Below, in pieces: positions 28,598-39,213 of a stretch of 64,000 bases of DNA (the first letter of the stretch is position 1; each line of letters starts with the position of its first letter). Under the pieces are notes generated by a model. It was not told the origin of the DNA. It did no database searches and saw only the letters and a list, made by a program, of their open reading frames with translations. Location of the stretch: assembly GCA_965222375.1 (NCBI GenBank), contig CBDCTZ010000009.1:32001-96000 (forward strand), in the 5' to 3' direction. The position numbers and the translations under genes were made by a program. The stretch comes from Polyangiaceae bacterium (lineage in GTDB: Bacteria > Myxococcota_A > Polyangia > Polyangiales > Polyangiaceae).

Positions 28598-28914
28598 GGT
28601 CACTTCGCGGGGCGAGACCAGCGCCGATTCGATCTCGCTTGCCGCTCCGCTCTCGCACGACGAGACACCTGGCTCAACGCCGAAGTTCACCGCCCACCAT
28701 GAACCGTCGCTAAATCGTCGGGGACCACCGCTGGATCGACGATCACCAACAGGATCTCGACGGCATCAGGCCCAGAGGCGCCGGAACCTATTTGAATCAG
28801 GTGCACCGAGCCTGAACGGGCCTCAACGAGCGTGAAACAGGGTATCGGCGACGGCGGTGGGACTCGATGGGCTTCGGTCGGGTTAGTTCCGACGATTCTC
28901 CGACGATTCCACGT

Positions 28915-29199
28915 TCAGCCCGGCAGCTTCTTCTTAGCGGCTTCCGCTAGGTCATCGAGTTCCTCGTAAAGTGCGGTCAAGTCGGCATCGACTCGGGCAA
29001 CTTCTGCGGCCCGCGAGTTGTTCGCCTTGTTGTACTGCAAGAGCTTCCGCATGAAGTTCCAGCCGTCGCCAGTCCGCCTGGCGTTCTCAATGTCGGCCCG
29101 GTGCTGCCCATCGGCCTCAAGCTGCACACCCAGCAGCTTCTCCCGCTCCTTCATCTTCGCAGCCAAGTCGTCGATTACTTGCTCCCGTGTCCTCGCCAT
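28915..29199 (-). CDS. Hypothetical helical/coiled-coil protein
   Basis: Charged amphipathic 94-aa ORF; no family recognised. Confidence 0.55.
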   Translation of the reverse strand: MARTREQVIDDLAAKMKEREKLLGVQLEADGQHRADIENARRTGDGWNFMRKLLQYNKANNSRAAEVARVDADLTALYEELDDLAEAAKKKLPG

Positions 29200-29352
29200 C
29201 ACCGAACCCTATCAGGGGTTGCACCACGGTGCGATGCGACGTCGCTGCTCGCGGACGAGGTGCGACTGCGGGCGGCGAGGCCGAGCACCAGAGCCGCATC
29301 ACCGCGGTGTCCTTGGTCATGCGTTTCCCGCCACTTGATCTGGTGCCGGCTT

Positions 29353-29718
29353 TCACCCGTGTCCGAAGGCGACTTCAAGGCCCATCGTGCCCTCGGTGAT
29401 CAGCACGGCCACCTCGTCCAGATCTGGGCTGGGCACCGCATTCGGATAGTTCTCGAACGTTTTTTCGAGCATCGCCAGGGTGAGGGAAAAGACGGCGCGG
29501 AAGTCGTCGTCGCGGCCGGCGCACAGCGGGTGATCGCTCTTGCTCTCGTGCGAATCGCCCTCCACATTGAGCAACGCCTGGACGGACTCGCTCGCCGTGC
29601 CGGCGAAGGGGTGGTTTGCCGCGGGCACAACGATATTGACCCACAGATCCGTCAGCGCTTCCAAGATCAGAGTGCCGTGACCGGGCGGCGTCAAATCCCG
29701 CGCGACCGCATTCATCAT
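29353..29718 (-). CDS. Hypothetical protein
   Basis: ATG overlaps the stop of the upstream gene (ATGA); 121 aa. Confidence 0.55.
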   Translation of the reverse strand: MMNAVARDLTPPGHGTLILEALTDLWVNIVVPAANHPFAGTASESVQALLNVEGDSHESKSDHPLCAGRDDDFRAVFSLTLAMLEKTFENYPNAVPSPDLDEVAVLITEGTMGLEVAFGHG

Positions 29719-31163
29719 CGCGGCCTCCACGTGGTCGCCCTGGTTGCGATGCCACCGCGCCATCTGCGGCAGGCGGCGATGAGCCTTGCGCGACCGATGT
29801 CCTCCAGCAGGCGACGCTGCAGATCCGACCGCCAGTCCATCGTATCTAGTGCCGACTGGATCATGTTCGCCAGATCCCGAGGACGGTACCAAGCGCGATA
29901 AGCGTTGCTCTCGAGCAACGCCGCGAGCTTCGACGGCGAGCAAACCGCGCCGTCGGGGCGTACCAGCTCCACGCTTCCATTCTCGTCCTGCGCGGGGTGC
30001 GCGCACAGCATTTGCACAGCAGCATTCTCGATGTACAGCGCTGCATCGAATGCGGCGCCGGGCCCACTGCGCGGGTTCAGTGAGTCAGGCGGGTGCTTCT
30101 CAGCCCAGGTGGCGAAGCCGGCGCGGATCAGCGTCAACGCCAGCTGGGCATCGATGCTGGCAAGCGGACGGTCCATGAGTTCGTCTGGCACTGCGCATTC
30201 CGGAACGCTCCGTTCGCACCGGCCAGCGACCACCCCGTCCACACCGAGCAAGACGTATGCATGGGTTCCGCCGGGCCGCGGCGTCGCCATCCAGGCAGCG
30301 AGCACGTAGTCGCCCCAGGTGTCTGCCGGGCTGAACCAGAACTCTGCTGATTGGAACCACTCTTCTCGCACCGTCTCCGCGCTTGGCCCGTCGAAACAGG
30401 CGCGCGCGGCTTCGTCGATGAGCTTGGCCACCTCGGCCGTAACCATCTCTTCGGGGCGCAGTGCCCGCTGCCTTGCGTCACAGTGCGCGAGACGCAGCAG
30501 GTACTCCGTGGTTCTGCAGCCGGTGGCAGAGAGACGCCTCAGAATCTCGCCATGCCAGGGGGCGGAGTCGAGGCTGGCGTGACAGTGCGCGAACGCGTAG
30601 GGCATCCCGGCCCGCTGGCGGATCCGCTCGACGAACGCGTAGCGTGATTCCCCGTCGTCGGGATCCCACATCAGCGAAGCGAGGTAGCTCGAGACGTTCT
30701 CGACACTGCCGTGCTTCGAGAATCCGCAGTCTCCGAAAAAGTCTATTTCGATCGCGCGCATCTCCTCGTCCGCCAAAGCCGGAGCTTCGACGTTGCCCCA
30801 CCAACTCTGCATGACCTGATATGCGAGCGCTCGCGCCCCAGTCGAGTATTCGCGGGAGGCGAAGATCTCCCAGACCCGAGGACGAGCCTTCTCGCGATTT
30901 TCCTCGGGCACTTGCAGGAACACGTCCTCCACCGCGTCACGAAACGAGCCCCGATCTGCGAGATCCCCCCACAGCAGGAACACCTCCTCGATGATCGCGT
31001 CGGGAGTGAGCTCGGGAAACACTTCGAACACGAGCGACCGGTTGTCGTCGTCTTCCGTCATCAACCAGGTCAACGCGCGGATGGCGACGTTCTCAATCGT
31101 CCTGAGCGGCGACGGCGATTCAGTCGTGCTCTTGTCTTTTTGAACCAACAGGAACTTGCGCAT
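29715..31163 (-). CDS. Hypothetical 482-aa protein
   Basis: GGAGGAGG RBS; protein-like composition; no family recognised. Confidence 0.7.
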   Translation of the reverse strand: MRKFLLVQKDKSTTESPSPLRTIENVAIRALTWLMTEDDDNRSLVFEVFPELTPDAIIEEVFLLWGDLADRGSFRDAVEDVFLQVPEENREKARPRVWEIFASREYSTGARALAYQVMQSWWGNVEAPALADEEMRAIEIDFFGDCGFSKHGSVENVSSYLASLMWDPDDGESRYAFVERIRQRAGMPYAFAHCHASLDSAPWHGEILRRLSATGCRTTEYLLRLAHCDARQRALRPEEMVTAEVAKLIDEAARACFDGPSAETVREEWFQSAEFWFSPADTWGDYVLAAWMATPRPGGTHAYVLLGVDGVVAGRCERSVPECAVPDELMDRPLASIDAQLALTLIRAGFATWAEKHPPDSLNPRSGPGAAFDAALYIENAAVQMLCAHPAQDENGSVELVRPDGAVCSPSKLAALLESNAYRAWYRPRDLANMIQSALDTMDWRSDLQRRLLEDIGRARLIAACRRWRGGIATRATTWRPR

Positions 31164-31489
31164 GGTTGGCTTTCCTCCTCCCCGTCTGCCCGTGCGACAG
31201 CAGCCACAGCGGCGACTCTAGCAGCAATTCACTCGCGGCATTTGCCACACTCGCCACGTGCGGCCATCGCCGCACATCGCGCGGCGCGCGTGCGTGCGCG
31301 GCCGGACTATTGCGCGACTGTAGGCAGCCATCCCCGGCACATCGGTCAGTTCAAGCGCCGGAAATGGTCCGGCAGCGCGGCGTTGCCGGCCAGACACGGA
31401 AGCGAGACGCAACTGAGGGCCGCAGCGGCCGAGGATCTGCTCATGCCCCAGGCCGCACGCCCAGATGACGCGCCCTCGAAGGTGGCCGC

Positions 31490-31837
31490 ATGAGGAGGAT
31501 CTTGCTGGTCGACGACAGCACGGAGCTGCTTCGCGGCCTGCAACGCAGTCTCCGTCGCCTCGGTCACCAAGTCGTCGCGGCCTCCAGCGCCGCACAAGCG
31601 CTCTCATTGAGCGAGGTCGTCGACGTCGGCGTGTTCGACTACCACTTGGAAGGGGGACAAACCGGGGATCGCGTCGCGCGCGTCCTTCACGCCAAGAAAC
31701 TGGTGCGTCACGTCGTGTTCTTCTCCAGCGAACACGCCCCGTCGGATCTCGGCCCAACCATCCTCAAACCCAACGTCCCAGAGCTACTCCGCACCGTCAC
31801 TGCGCTGCTCGCGGCAGCGGGGCCGACCGGCCAGTGA
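31490..31837 (+). CDS. Single-domain response regulator receiver
   Basis: ILLVDD, VFDYHL (phospho-Asp), FFSS, LKP. Confidence 0.85.
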   Translation: MRRILLVDDSTELLRGLQRSLRRLGHQVVAASSAAQALSLSEVVDVGVFDYHLEGGQTGDRVARVLHAKKLVRHVVFFSSEHAPSDLGPTILKPNVPELLRTVTALLAAAGPTGQ

Positions 31838-31884
31838 CCTCCGACCAATTCTTCGTCGACCTCACATGCTTCCAGATCTTCCTC

Positions 31885-32496
31885 TCACATCGGATCTGGA
31901 ACGAAGACGTATTGTTCCTCACCGATGCCCATCTGTTCCGGGGTGGCGCGCTTGATAGTCCCAGTTAGGCGTATGGACGTTCGGGCGGGGAACGAGCACT
32001 TGCGAAAGCAGGCTTCCTCGCAGGTCGATGCGTTACAAAGAAACTTGTTGAGCGTGCCCAGGTCCATGATGATGAGTGACGTGCCGTTTCGGTTGCACGA
32101 CGCCATCTTCTCGGTCCCGGGTGGGACGAGTGTTGCGCGACTTGTGCACATGATACAGCGCCGACACGGAATCGTGCAGCTGATCCCCACGTCGCACGAC
32201 ACGACCCAACCAGCAGTGGTGACTCGCTGGCCAAAGTAGCTTGCTGGCTCCGCGATCAAGCGCTCGATCGGAACTTCCTCGGGAACTTGCTCGCTCCGCG
32301 CGTCCTCGGTGCCATGAGTCGTCGCGAGGGCGCCAGCGTCGGGCGCTGTGGGCTCCGCAGGGTCGACCCGCGGCGGCGTGGCAGCTACTGGCTCGGGTGA
32401 CGGCCGGCACGTCGCAACCAGCACAGCGGCGAGCGCTGCCAGGCCACCGCTGCGTATGGCGATCCAGCAACTGGTCTGGACGCGCATGGCTGTCAT
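31885..32496 (-). CDS. Cys-rich putative lipoprotein
   Basis: ATGA overlap with the protease stop; LVATC lipobox-like; about 10 Cys in the C-terminal domain. Confidence 0.65.
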   Translation of the reverse strand: MTAMRVQTSCWIAIRSGGLAALAAVLVATCRPSPEPVAATPPRVDPAEPTAPDAGALATTHGTEDARSEQVPEEVPIERLIAEPASYFGQRVTTAGWVVSCDVGISCTIPCRRCIMCTSRATLVPPGTEKMASCNRNGTSLIIMDLGTLNKFLCNASTCEEACFRKCSFPARTSIRLTGTIKRATPEQMGIGEEQYVFVPDPM

Positions 32497-35400
32497 AGAC
32501 CGGCAAACGGTTGACCCGGTGGATTGCCGGTGGTCTTTTTTGGGGTCGAAGCCGGCGCGAACGGTGTGAGAGTCCGGAAGAAAGTCACGTCGGCGGCGTT
32601 GAGGGCTTGAAGCAGCGCGAGAATGTCGGCTGCCTCGGCCATCTGTGTCGGGGTCCAGGTGCAGGCGAGCTGACCGCTGAGCAATGCCTCCGCGGCTGCA
32701 ATGACCTCGGCCACGGAGATATCCCGCGTGTACACGAACGCGTTGGCCAGGTCTTCGCCAGCCTCCGTGCGGGCAAGGACGTTGAGCTTGGCTGCCAGCA
32801 GTTCGGCGTGCAGCTCGGCCATCACGCGTGCCGGGTCGATGCTGTCGCCGTGGGACAAGTGCGCTGGCACTGCGGAAGCCCCGACCACGAGCAGCTTGAC
32901 CTTGCTTCCTTTCTTCCCGGGGGGCTTGTGGCATACCGCCGCATGAGAGCCGCTGGCCCCGCCTAGCTCCGGAGCGGCATGAGTGAGAATCGCCAGCGCT
33001 TGCGACGCAGAGGTTACCGGAGTCCCGGCAACACTGATGGGTAGAAACGAGCTCAGGTCAGTGGAGATCCAGGTCGCAACTGGAACCGCGCCACTTGGGC
33101 TCAGTCTTCGCGTGGGCTGACCAAACACCTCATAGGTGACGGGTGATCCGACAGGCGCCCAGATGCGGACGTTGTTTTGAACGCGAACGTTCTGCCATCT
33201 CCATTCCCAAGCACCCGGCGTGCCTTGCACCGAGACCGTCAAACGCTCCTCATCCGTGACCGTTACGCCGTCGTTGTTTCCGGAAGGGTTTGTGTTGCTG
33301 AGCTTGACAGCTCCGGAGGGGTCAAGGACGGTATATCGGATGTCCGCGCTGGCGCCAGTAGCAACACCGTTTGCCTTCACATCGAGAGGGCCACGCTGTC
33401 CCACGACGGCCGGATCATCGTCAACCAAGATGTCCGCGTCCGCATCCCGAAGCGTCATCGAGACAGAAGCCGCTCCGACGTCCACGAAGAACCGAAACGT
33501 GCCATCATAGTTCGTGTCCAGCATCGCGGTGTCGGCGAGCGGTCCCACCGCAAATGGGCCCGCCAGGTCTCGTGCGATGAAGGCGAAGTCGTTGGCGATC
33601 GTGCTCACCTGACCCGTGGCCCGCACCTTGAAGCTGTTGGTGAGCCCGGCTGTGACCGGAACCATGGGTTGACCACAGGCTCCTTGCGTCAAGTACACGT
33701 CCAGAATGTAGAAGTGCGCCCCACTTCCGCTAGCTGTCCCAAAGGTCGCCCCACCATAAATGGTGCCCCAGTCAGCATCCGCAAGCGCTGCCGCCGAATC
33801 CTCCACCGTGACCTGGGGAAGTGGTGTCTCGGGGTTCGCTTTGTCCACCGAGCTGGAGAGCTCGTAGCAGGTTCGAGCACCGGCGTTGTTGCCCGTGTCG
33901 TACAGACTGCCCAACGTCTGGTCGCCATCGAAGACTTGAACCGTGACGGTGGTTTGGCCCGCTGGAACGCCGATGAGAAAACGGGTGCGCTGGTTTGGAA
34001 CCGTGGCGAAAGGCTGTCCGGTCACCGTGACGAAGCGGCCATCATGTCCATCCGCTGACGGGAACCCAGACACCGGTACGCCCTTGTTGGTGGGCCCGTT
34101 CGCGCCACCGAAGTACAGGTCTCGGGTGCCATCTTCTCTGATCAGCTCCAAATCCACGAAACCGTCGTCATTCGCGTCGCCCGTCGAGTACTCCACGTAC
34201 GTTCCCACCAGCAGCGGAAAAGTAGAAAAGCCCAGGGTTGCGTCGACGAAGATGGCCTGCGCGCCGGCGACAACGACAAAGTCTTCGACGCCATCGTTAT
34301 CGAAGTCGCCCAACGGAACGAAAGAGAATTTGTCGGCCTCTTGCTGAGAGACGGGCAGCAGCGTGTCAAAGGCTGCAAAGAAAGCCCCATCGATGTAGAT
34401 GTTGATCCACAGCGTGCCCTGGTGCTCGTAGTACGCGAGATAGTCGTCACGGTTGCCGTCGAGGTCGTAATCGTAGGCGACTGGTAGCAACTTGCGTGGC
34501 AGCTGCTGCAGATCGAGTGCTATCGAACGCTGGTTCGCGTTTGGACAAGTGGGCGCCCCCTGTCCAGTTGGAAAGCAGTCCTTCACACATCCCCCTGGGC
34601 CAAGGACTACCTCCGGCCCGGAAATCACCATGCCGAGCACTGCGCCCGATGGAGTCAGGACGGGAGCGCCGCTGGAGCCTGGTAGCAGGTCCGCTTCCAC
34701 CGTGAACGTTCCGGGGCCACCGTTGGTCGGAAACTGCTGCCCGATTGTCGCAATGGAAACTTGGGCGTCGAGCTTCAGCGGAAGCCCGAAATTGTGCGTC
34801 CAGATCAGGTTGTTCTGGGAAACTGCGAGTGACGCATCGCTCGGAAAGAGGGGTTCGCGATCTGTCGTCAGCGGGCCGCCGGTTCCCGTGCCGCCGGTGA
34901 CCGGTCGGTCCACTCGGAATATCACCCAGTCGTCTGGCAGTCCATCCGTAGACGGCAGGGCGCTGGGACCGTGGTCGAGAACCGTGTCGCAGAAGTAGAT
35001 GTGGCGCGACAGTATGTTTGGGTTTCCGTTGGGGAAGTTTGGGCTGCTTGTGCGCCAGCGCATCACCACAGCACGCTTCGCGCATTCTTGGTCCCAGCCG
35101 GTCCATGGCGCGATCGTATCGGTCATGCAATGGGCGGCCGTTGCGAACCGATCCTGTCCGACCATGAACACCGTGCACGCCGCGGATGTCTTGCGCTCAG
35201 AGCCAAAAAGCTCACCGGGGCAAAATGTGGATTGTTGGGTGGACAGGATCCAGGTGCAGTCCGTTGCGGTCGGTGGCACGGGGCAGTTGAAGGCACTCGA
35301 ATTGAGGTCAGAAGTGTTGACCATCAGCCCAACGGCGGTGCCGTATTCCTGGTGGGCCTGGTTCGACACGTTTTGGAAGTTCTTCAGGTTCGCGTTGCCC

Positions 35401-35516
35401 CAGATGACTTCGGAGCCCCGAGACGCCGAGTCTTCGTATGGCTCAGATGTGCAACCTGCGAAAGCGACGCCGACCGCAGCGGCTATTGAAACCCCAAGAA
35501 CGCGCATCCCGCCCAT
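32493..35516 (-). CDS. Multidomain trypsin-like (S1) serine protease lipoprotein with FG-GAP-like Ca-binding motifs
   Basis: AFAGC lipobox; TAAHC, DWVIF, PGSSGAPV; DYDLDGNRDD, GDFDNDGVED, GDANDDGFVD; GGAGG RBS. Confidence 0.85.
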   Translation of the reverse strand: MGGMRVLGVSIAAAVGVAFAGCTSEPYEDSASRGSEVIWGNANLKNFQNVSNQAHQEYGTAVGLMVNTSDLNSSAFNCPVPPTATDCTWILSTQQSTFCPGELFGSERKTSAACTVFMVGQDRFATAAHCMTDTIAPWTGWDQECAKRAVVMRWRTSSPNFPNGNPNILSRHIYFCDTVLDHGPSALPSTDGLPDDWVIFRVDRPVTGGTGTGGPLTTDREPLFPSDASLAVSQNNLIWTHNFGLPLKLDAQVSIATIGQQFPTNGGPGTFTVEADLLPGSSGAPVLTPSGAVLGMVISGPEVVLGPGGCVKDCFPTGQGAPTCPNANQRSIALDLQQLPRKLLPVAYDYDLDGNRDDYLAYYEHQGTLWINIYIDGAFFAAFDTLLPVSQQEADKFSFVPLGDFDNDGVEDFVVVAGAQAIFVDATLGFSTFPLLVGTYVEYSTGDANDDGFVDLELIREDGTRDLYFGGANGPTNKGVPVSGFPSADGHDGRFVTVTGQPFATVPNQRTRFLIGVPAGQTTVTVQVFDGDQTLGSLYDTGNNAGARTCYELSSSVDKANPETPLPQVTVEDSAAALADADWGTIYGGATFGTASGSGAHFYILDVYLTQGACGQPMVPVTAGLTNSFKVRATGQVSTIANDFAFIARDLAGPFAVGPLADTAMLDTNYDGTFRFFVDVGAASVSMTLRDADADILVDDDPAVVGQRGPLDVKANGVATGASADIRYTVLDPSGAVKLSNTNPSGNNDGVTVTDEERLTVSVQGTPGAWEWRWQNVRVQNNVRIWAPVGSPVTYEVFGQPTRRLSPSGAVPVATWISTDLSSFLPISVAGTPVTSASQALAILTHAAPELGGASGSHAAVCHKPPGKKGSKVKLLVVGASAVPAHLSHGDSIDPARVMAELHAELLAAKLNVLARTEAGEDLANAFVYTRDISVAEVIAAAEALLSGQLACTWTPTQMAEAADILALLQALNAADVTFFRTLTPFAPASTPKKTTGNPPGQPFAGL

Positions 35517-35955
35517 CTTCCACCTCCCTAGCTGCCCAACTTCCGCGAGCATCTCATGCTAGCTGGAGAGCATGGCCTGTCAACAGCCGCTCCGGGCAGT
35601 AGCTTCGCCGCCTTGAATTGGCGGACCTGCTCCCGCATCTCGGCGCGGAACGCCGCACCCACGTCGTGCTCCTGGCGGGACGGCGTGAGGCACCTCACGA
35701 AGTTGATGTCGGTTTGGGTGCCGTCGGAGTCTCGTGAGCCAGCAGCGCCTTCTCCCCGATCCGGATCGACTTTCGCTTGGCCATGTTGCCAGCGGACGGC
35801 GGCTGTCTTGGGCATGCCTGGGGTGGCGCAAGCTTCCAACGTCGCGCCGGCATCCAGATGCGCCTGCGAAGTGGGCACGGCGTGGGCTTGTCGTCGCCCG
35901 GCCGCTTGCGTAACGTCGAGCCTCTTCACGGCGCGAGCTGATACCTGGGGGAACG

Positions 35956-37806
35956 ATGAGCGTCTTCACCACCTTCGACAGCACCAAGGAGCAGCTCTCG
36001 GACATACTCGCCAGCATCAAGGCGGGGAAGACGAAGCTGCCCGATTTCCAACGTGGCTGGGTCTGGGATGACGACCATATCAAGAGCCTCCTGGCGAGCA
36101 TCTCTCGATCGTTCCCCGTCGGGGCGGTGATGATGCTCCAGACAGGAAACCCCACGGTTCGCTTCCTGCCGAGAGAGGTCGAGGGCGCACCGAAGCAGGA
36201 CGGTCAGCAGCCGGAGCGTCTCATCCTCGACGGGCAGCAGCGGCTGACCTCGCTGTATCAGGCGTTGTTTTCCGGCTCGGTCGTCTCGACGAAGGACAGT
36301 CGAAATCGGCCGCTCAAGCGCTGGTACTACATCAAGATCCCCGCGGCGCTCGATAGCAACGTCGATCGAGAGGATGCGATCGTCGGTCTTCCAGAGGATC
36401 GCATCACCAAGAACTTCCGCGGCGACATCATCGAGGACCACTCGACGACCGAGAAGGAGTGCGCCGCCGAGCTGTTCCCGTTGCCGCTCGTGTTCAACCA
36501 GGCGGCGTTCACGGACTGGCAGCTCAAGTACATCCAGGTGGACCCCTCGAAGACGGCGGAGCGCCTCTCCCGCTGGAACGACTTCGTGCAGGCCGTCGTC
36601 CAGCCCTTCCAGCAGTACCAAGTGCCGCTAATCCTGCTGCGCAAGGAAACCCCAAAGGAGGCCGTCTGCCAGGTCTTCGAGAAGGTCAACACCGGGGGCG
36701 TAGCGCTCACCGTGTTCGAGCTGCTCACCGCCACGTTCGCCGCCGACAACTTCAACCTGCGGGACGACTGGGTCACGCGGGAAACGCGCCTCAGGAAGCA
36801 GCACGTGCTGCGCTCGGTCGAGAACACGGACCTGCTCCAGGCCGTGACCCTCCTCGCCACCTACGACCGGCGGATGCAGGCCATCAAGTTGGGCACGCCG
36901 CCCGAGAGCGCCCCGGGCGCGAGCTGCAAGCGCCGGGACGTCCTCCAACTCGACCTCGGCGGCTACGAGAAGTGGGCGGACCCGGTCACGAAGGGGTTTG
37001 CGCTGGCGGCCAAGTTCCTCTACGCCCAGCGGCTCTTCGCCGCTCGGGATCTGCCCTACCGCACCCAGCTCGTCCCGTTGGCCTCAGCGCTCGCGGTCCT
37101 CGGGGACGTGGCCGAGACAGATGGCGCCCGGGCGAAGCTCGCCCGGTGGTACTGGTGCGGCGTCTTCGGTGAGCTGTACGGCGGCGCCATCGAGTCGAGG
37201 TTCGCAAGGGACCTTCCCGAGCTCGTCACCTGGATCCGTGATGACGGCCCGGAGCCCGCCACCGTCGTCGATGCCAACTTTGCAGCGGCCCGTCTGCTGA
37301 CCCTTCGGACCAGGAACAGCGCGGCCTACAAGGGCATCTACGCCTTGCTGCTCAAGGAGGGCGGCCTCGACTTCCGCACCGGCGATACGATCGACATCCA
37401 GTCGTACTTCGATGAGAAGATCGACATCCATCACGTCTTCCCCCAGAAGTGGTGCAAGGGCCAGCAGCTCGACCGGGGACGCTACGACTCCATCGTCAAC
37501 AAGACGCCGATCTCGGCCAAGACGAACCGCAGCATCGGTGGCAACGCTCCGAGCGTCTACCTGGCAAGGCTGGAGAAGCAGGCCTCGATCTCGACCGACC
37601 GCATGAACGAGATCCTGGAGTCCCATGTGATCGGCGCCGACCTCCTGCGAGGCGACGACTTCGAGGGCTTCTTCGAGGCTCGGTTACGGACGCTGCTTGC
37701 TCGCATCGAGAAGGCCATGGGTAAGCCCCCGCGTCGAGAGCTGCCTGTCGAGGACTCGCTCGAGGGAGCCGAGTCCGTCGACGACGAGGACGACAGTGGT
37801 GACTAG
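35956..37806 (+). CDS. GmrSD-family (DUF262 + DUF1524/HNH) protein
   Basis: LPDFQRGWVW, ILDGQQRLTSL, FEKVNTGG, DIHHVFPQ...VN...N. Confidence 0.9.
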   Translation: MSVFTTFDSTKEQLSDILASIKAGKTKLPDFQRGWVWDDDHIKSLLASISRSFPVGAVMMLQTGNPTVRFLPREVEGAPKQDGQQPERLILDGQQRLTSLYQALFSGSVVSTKDSRNRPLKRWYYIKIPAALDSNVDREDAIVGLPEDRITKNFRGDIIEDHSTTEKECAAELFPLPLVFNQAAFTDWQLKYIQVDPSKTAERLSRWNDFVQAVVQPFQQYQVPLILLRKETPKEAVCQVFEKVNTGGVALTVFELLTATFAADNFNLRDDWVTRETRLRKQHVLRSVENTDLLQAVTLLATYDRRMQAIKLGTPPESAPGASCKRRDVLQLDLGGYEKWADPVTKGFALAAKFLYAQRLFAARDLPYRTQLVPLASALAVLGDVAETDGARAKLARWYWCGVFGELYGGAIESRFARDLPELVTWIRDDGPEPATVVDANFAAARLLTLRTRNSAAYKGIYALLLKEGGLDFRTGDTIDIQSYFDEKIDIHHVFPQKWCKGQQLDRGRYDSIVNKTPISAKTNRSIGGNAPSVYLARLEKQASISTDRMNEILESHVIGADLLRGDDFEGFFEARLRTLLARIEKAMGKPPRRELPVEDSLEGAESVDDEDDSGD

Positions 37807-38420
37807 GGTGGCGCCAGCCCGGCAGACCGTGTGCGTCGCTTCCTGACAGCGCCTACCATTCTCGAAGGTGGTCTTGGGTAGCTCCTGTGGTCGACGCGCG
37901 TCGCGCTGGTCCTGCACGCTCGCGTCTGTCGGGCTGGGGTGCGGCACCGCAGTTCGTGGCAAACGCAGTCGGCCGGCGGGGGCGCCGGCACGCGGTGTGG
38001 AACAGTGCCCGCGGTGGCAAAGGTCACCGTCGTCGCAGTCTTCGTTCTTCCTGCACAGCACCCATCCGCGTTGGTTCTGGCACTGTGGCCGAGACGAGCA
38101 CTCCACTCCTTGTGCACCGGGGGAAGAGCAGGCGGTAGAGTTCTGAATCGCCGAGGGGACTAGCCGGCGTTGTCCAAGTTCAGCGAAACTCAGACCGGAC
38201 GTTGTGTTCGGCAAGTGAGTGCAGTGACGATCCGCTCCCGATTCCTCAAAGCCGTAGGGCGTGCTTTGGCGCTAGCTGAGCGATTCTTGGAGCGTGGTCT
38301 CCGCGGTGTTCAGTCAGACCGTGGCTGGCTCGGCTACGACTCGCGGCAGCAACGCCATCAGCGCTGAGTTAGTTGCTGGCATGGGGGCTTCGCGTCTTGC
38401 TCGCTCCATTTCGACAACGT

Positions 38421-38804
38421 TCACTTCGCGTCGCCACCCTTGATGGTGCCGCCGGTGATTACCAAATCGCCGCCCTTGCCGTGAGGGCCGCCGTCCCCGG
38501 CACGAACAGTGACGTCGCCTCCCTTCATGGGTCCGTCACCTCCCGTGATGTTGACGCCCGTAGCGTGGACGTTGCCCCCGCCATCGCTGCCGGCCGAGAG
38601 GCCCGCGCGGCCCCCGTGCCCTTTCAGCAACGGTTGGATCGCGGCGTGGATTTGCTCGGGCGTTGCGCCTTGCCCGAGCGCTTGCAACGCCTGAACCAGT
38701 TCTGCCGGGGGGCTGTCTCCGAAGCGTTTCTGGAGCATTCGTCCGAATTGGGCGAGCGCACTTGCGCCGCCAAGTAGCGTTGAGATTGCCAGTACCCAGC
38801 TCAT
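38421..38804 (-). CDS. Small protein with helical N-terminus and Gly-rich repeat tail
   Basis: GAGGAG RBS before ATG 38804; GGNV, GGDV and GGDL repeats. Confidence 0.65.
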   Translation of the reverse strand: MSWVLAISTLLGGASALAQFGRMLQKRFGDSPPAELVQALQALGQGATPEQIHAAIQPLLKGHGGRAGLSAGSDGGGNVHATGVNITGGDGPMKGGDVTVRAGDGGPHGKGGDLVITGGTIKGGDAK

Positions 38805-39213
38805 TTCGTTCTCCTCTTCTGCGAGCGAGGCCCGCATTGCAGCATCCGCCTCGGGCATGCTGTCGCGGAGTCCAGCTGGGGGCAACTCGAGGTTATCGTC
38901 GCAACGACGAAGGGCGACGGTGCTAGCTGATTTCCCAGCCGGCAACCCTCATCAAACTTGGCGCGTCGCACGGGTGAGAACTGCGGCCCGAGCTGTGCGA
39001 ATCCCACGCAAGATGAGATCGATCATGTTCGGAAATTGCGACGCGCACGCCCTTCACAGAGCCCAACCGGGCGGAACCCTTCTGCAATGTGGGACGTTGA
39101 GCAAGAACTGCACAATCGCGAGTTCCCTCGGGCGCACTCGTACCGTTGCGGATTGGCGGATCGTGGCCAATCTGTACATTACGCACTGTTGCGCTAGCTC
39201 TGTGAGGTGAACC

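Noticed and set aside
37803..38214. Cys-rich minus-strand gene
   Set aside because: Cys-rich stretches fall in different frames with no convincing start; possibly a relic, not supportable as a feature.
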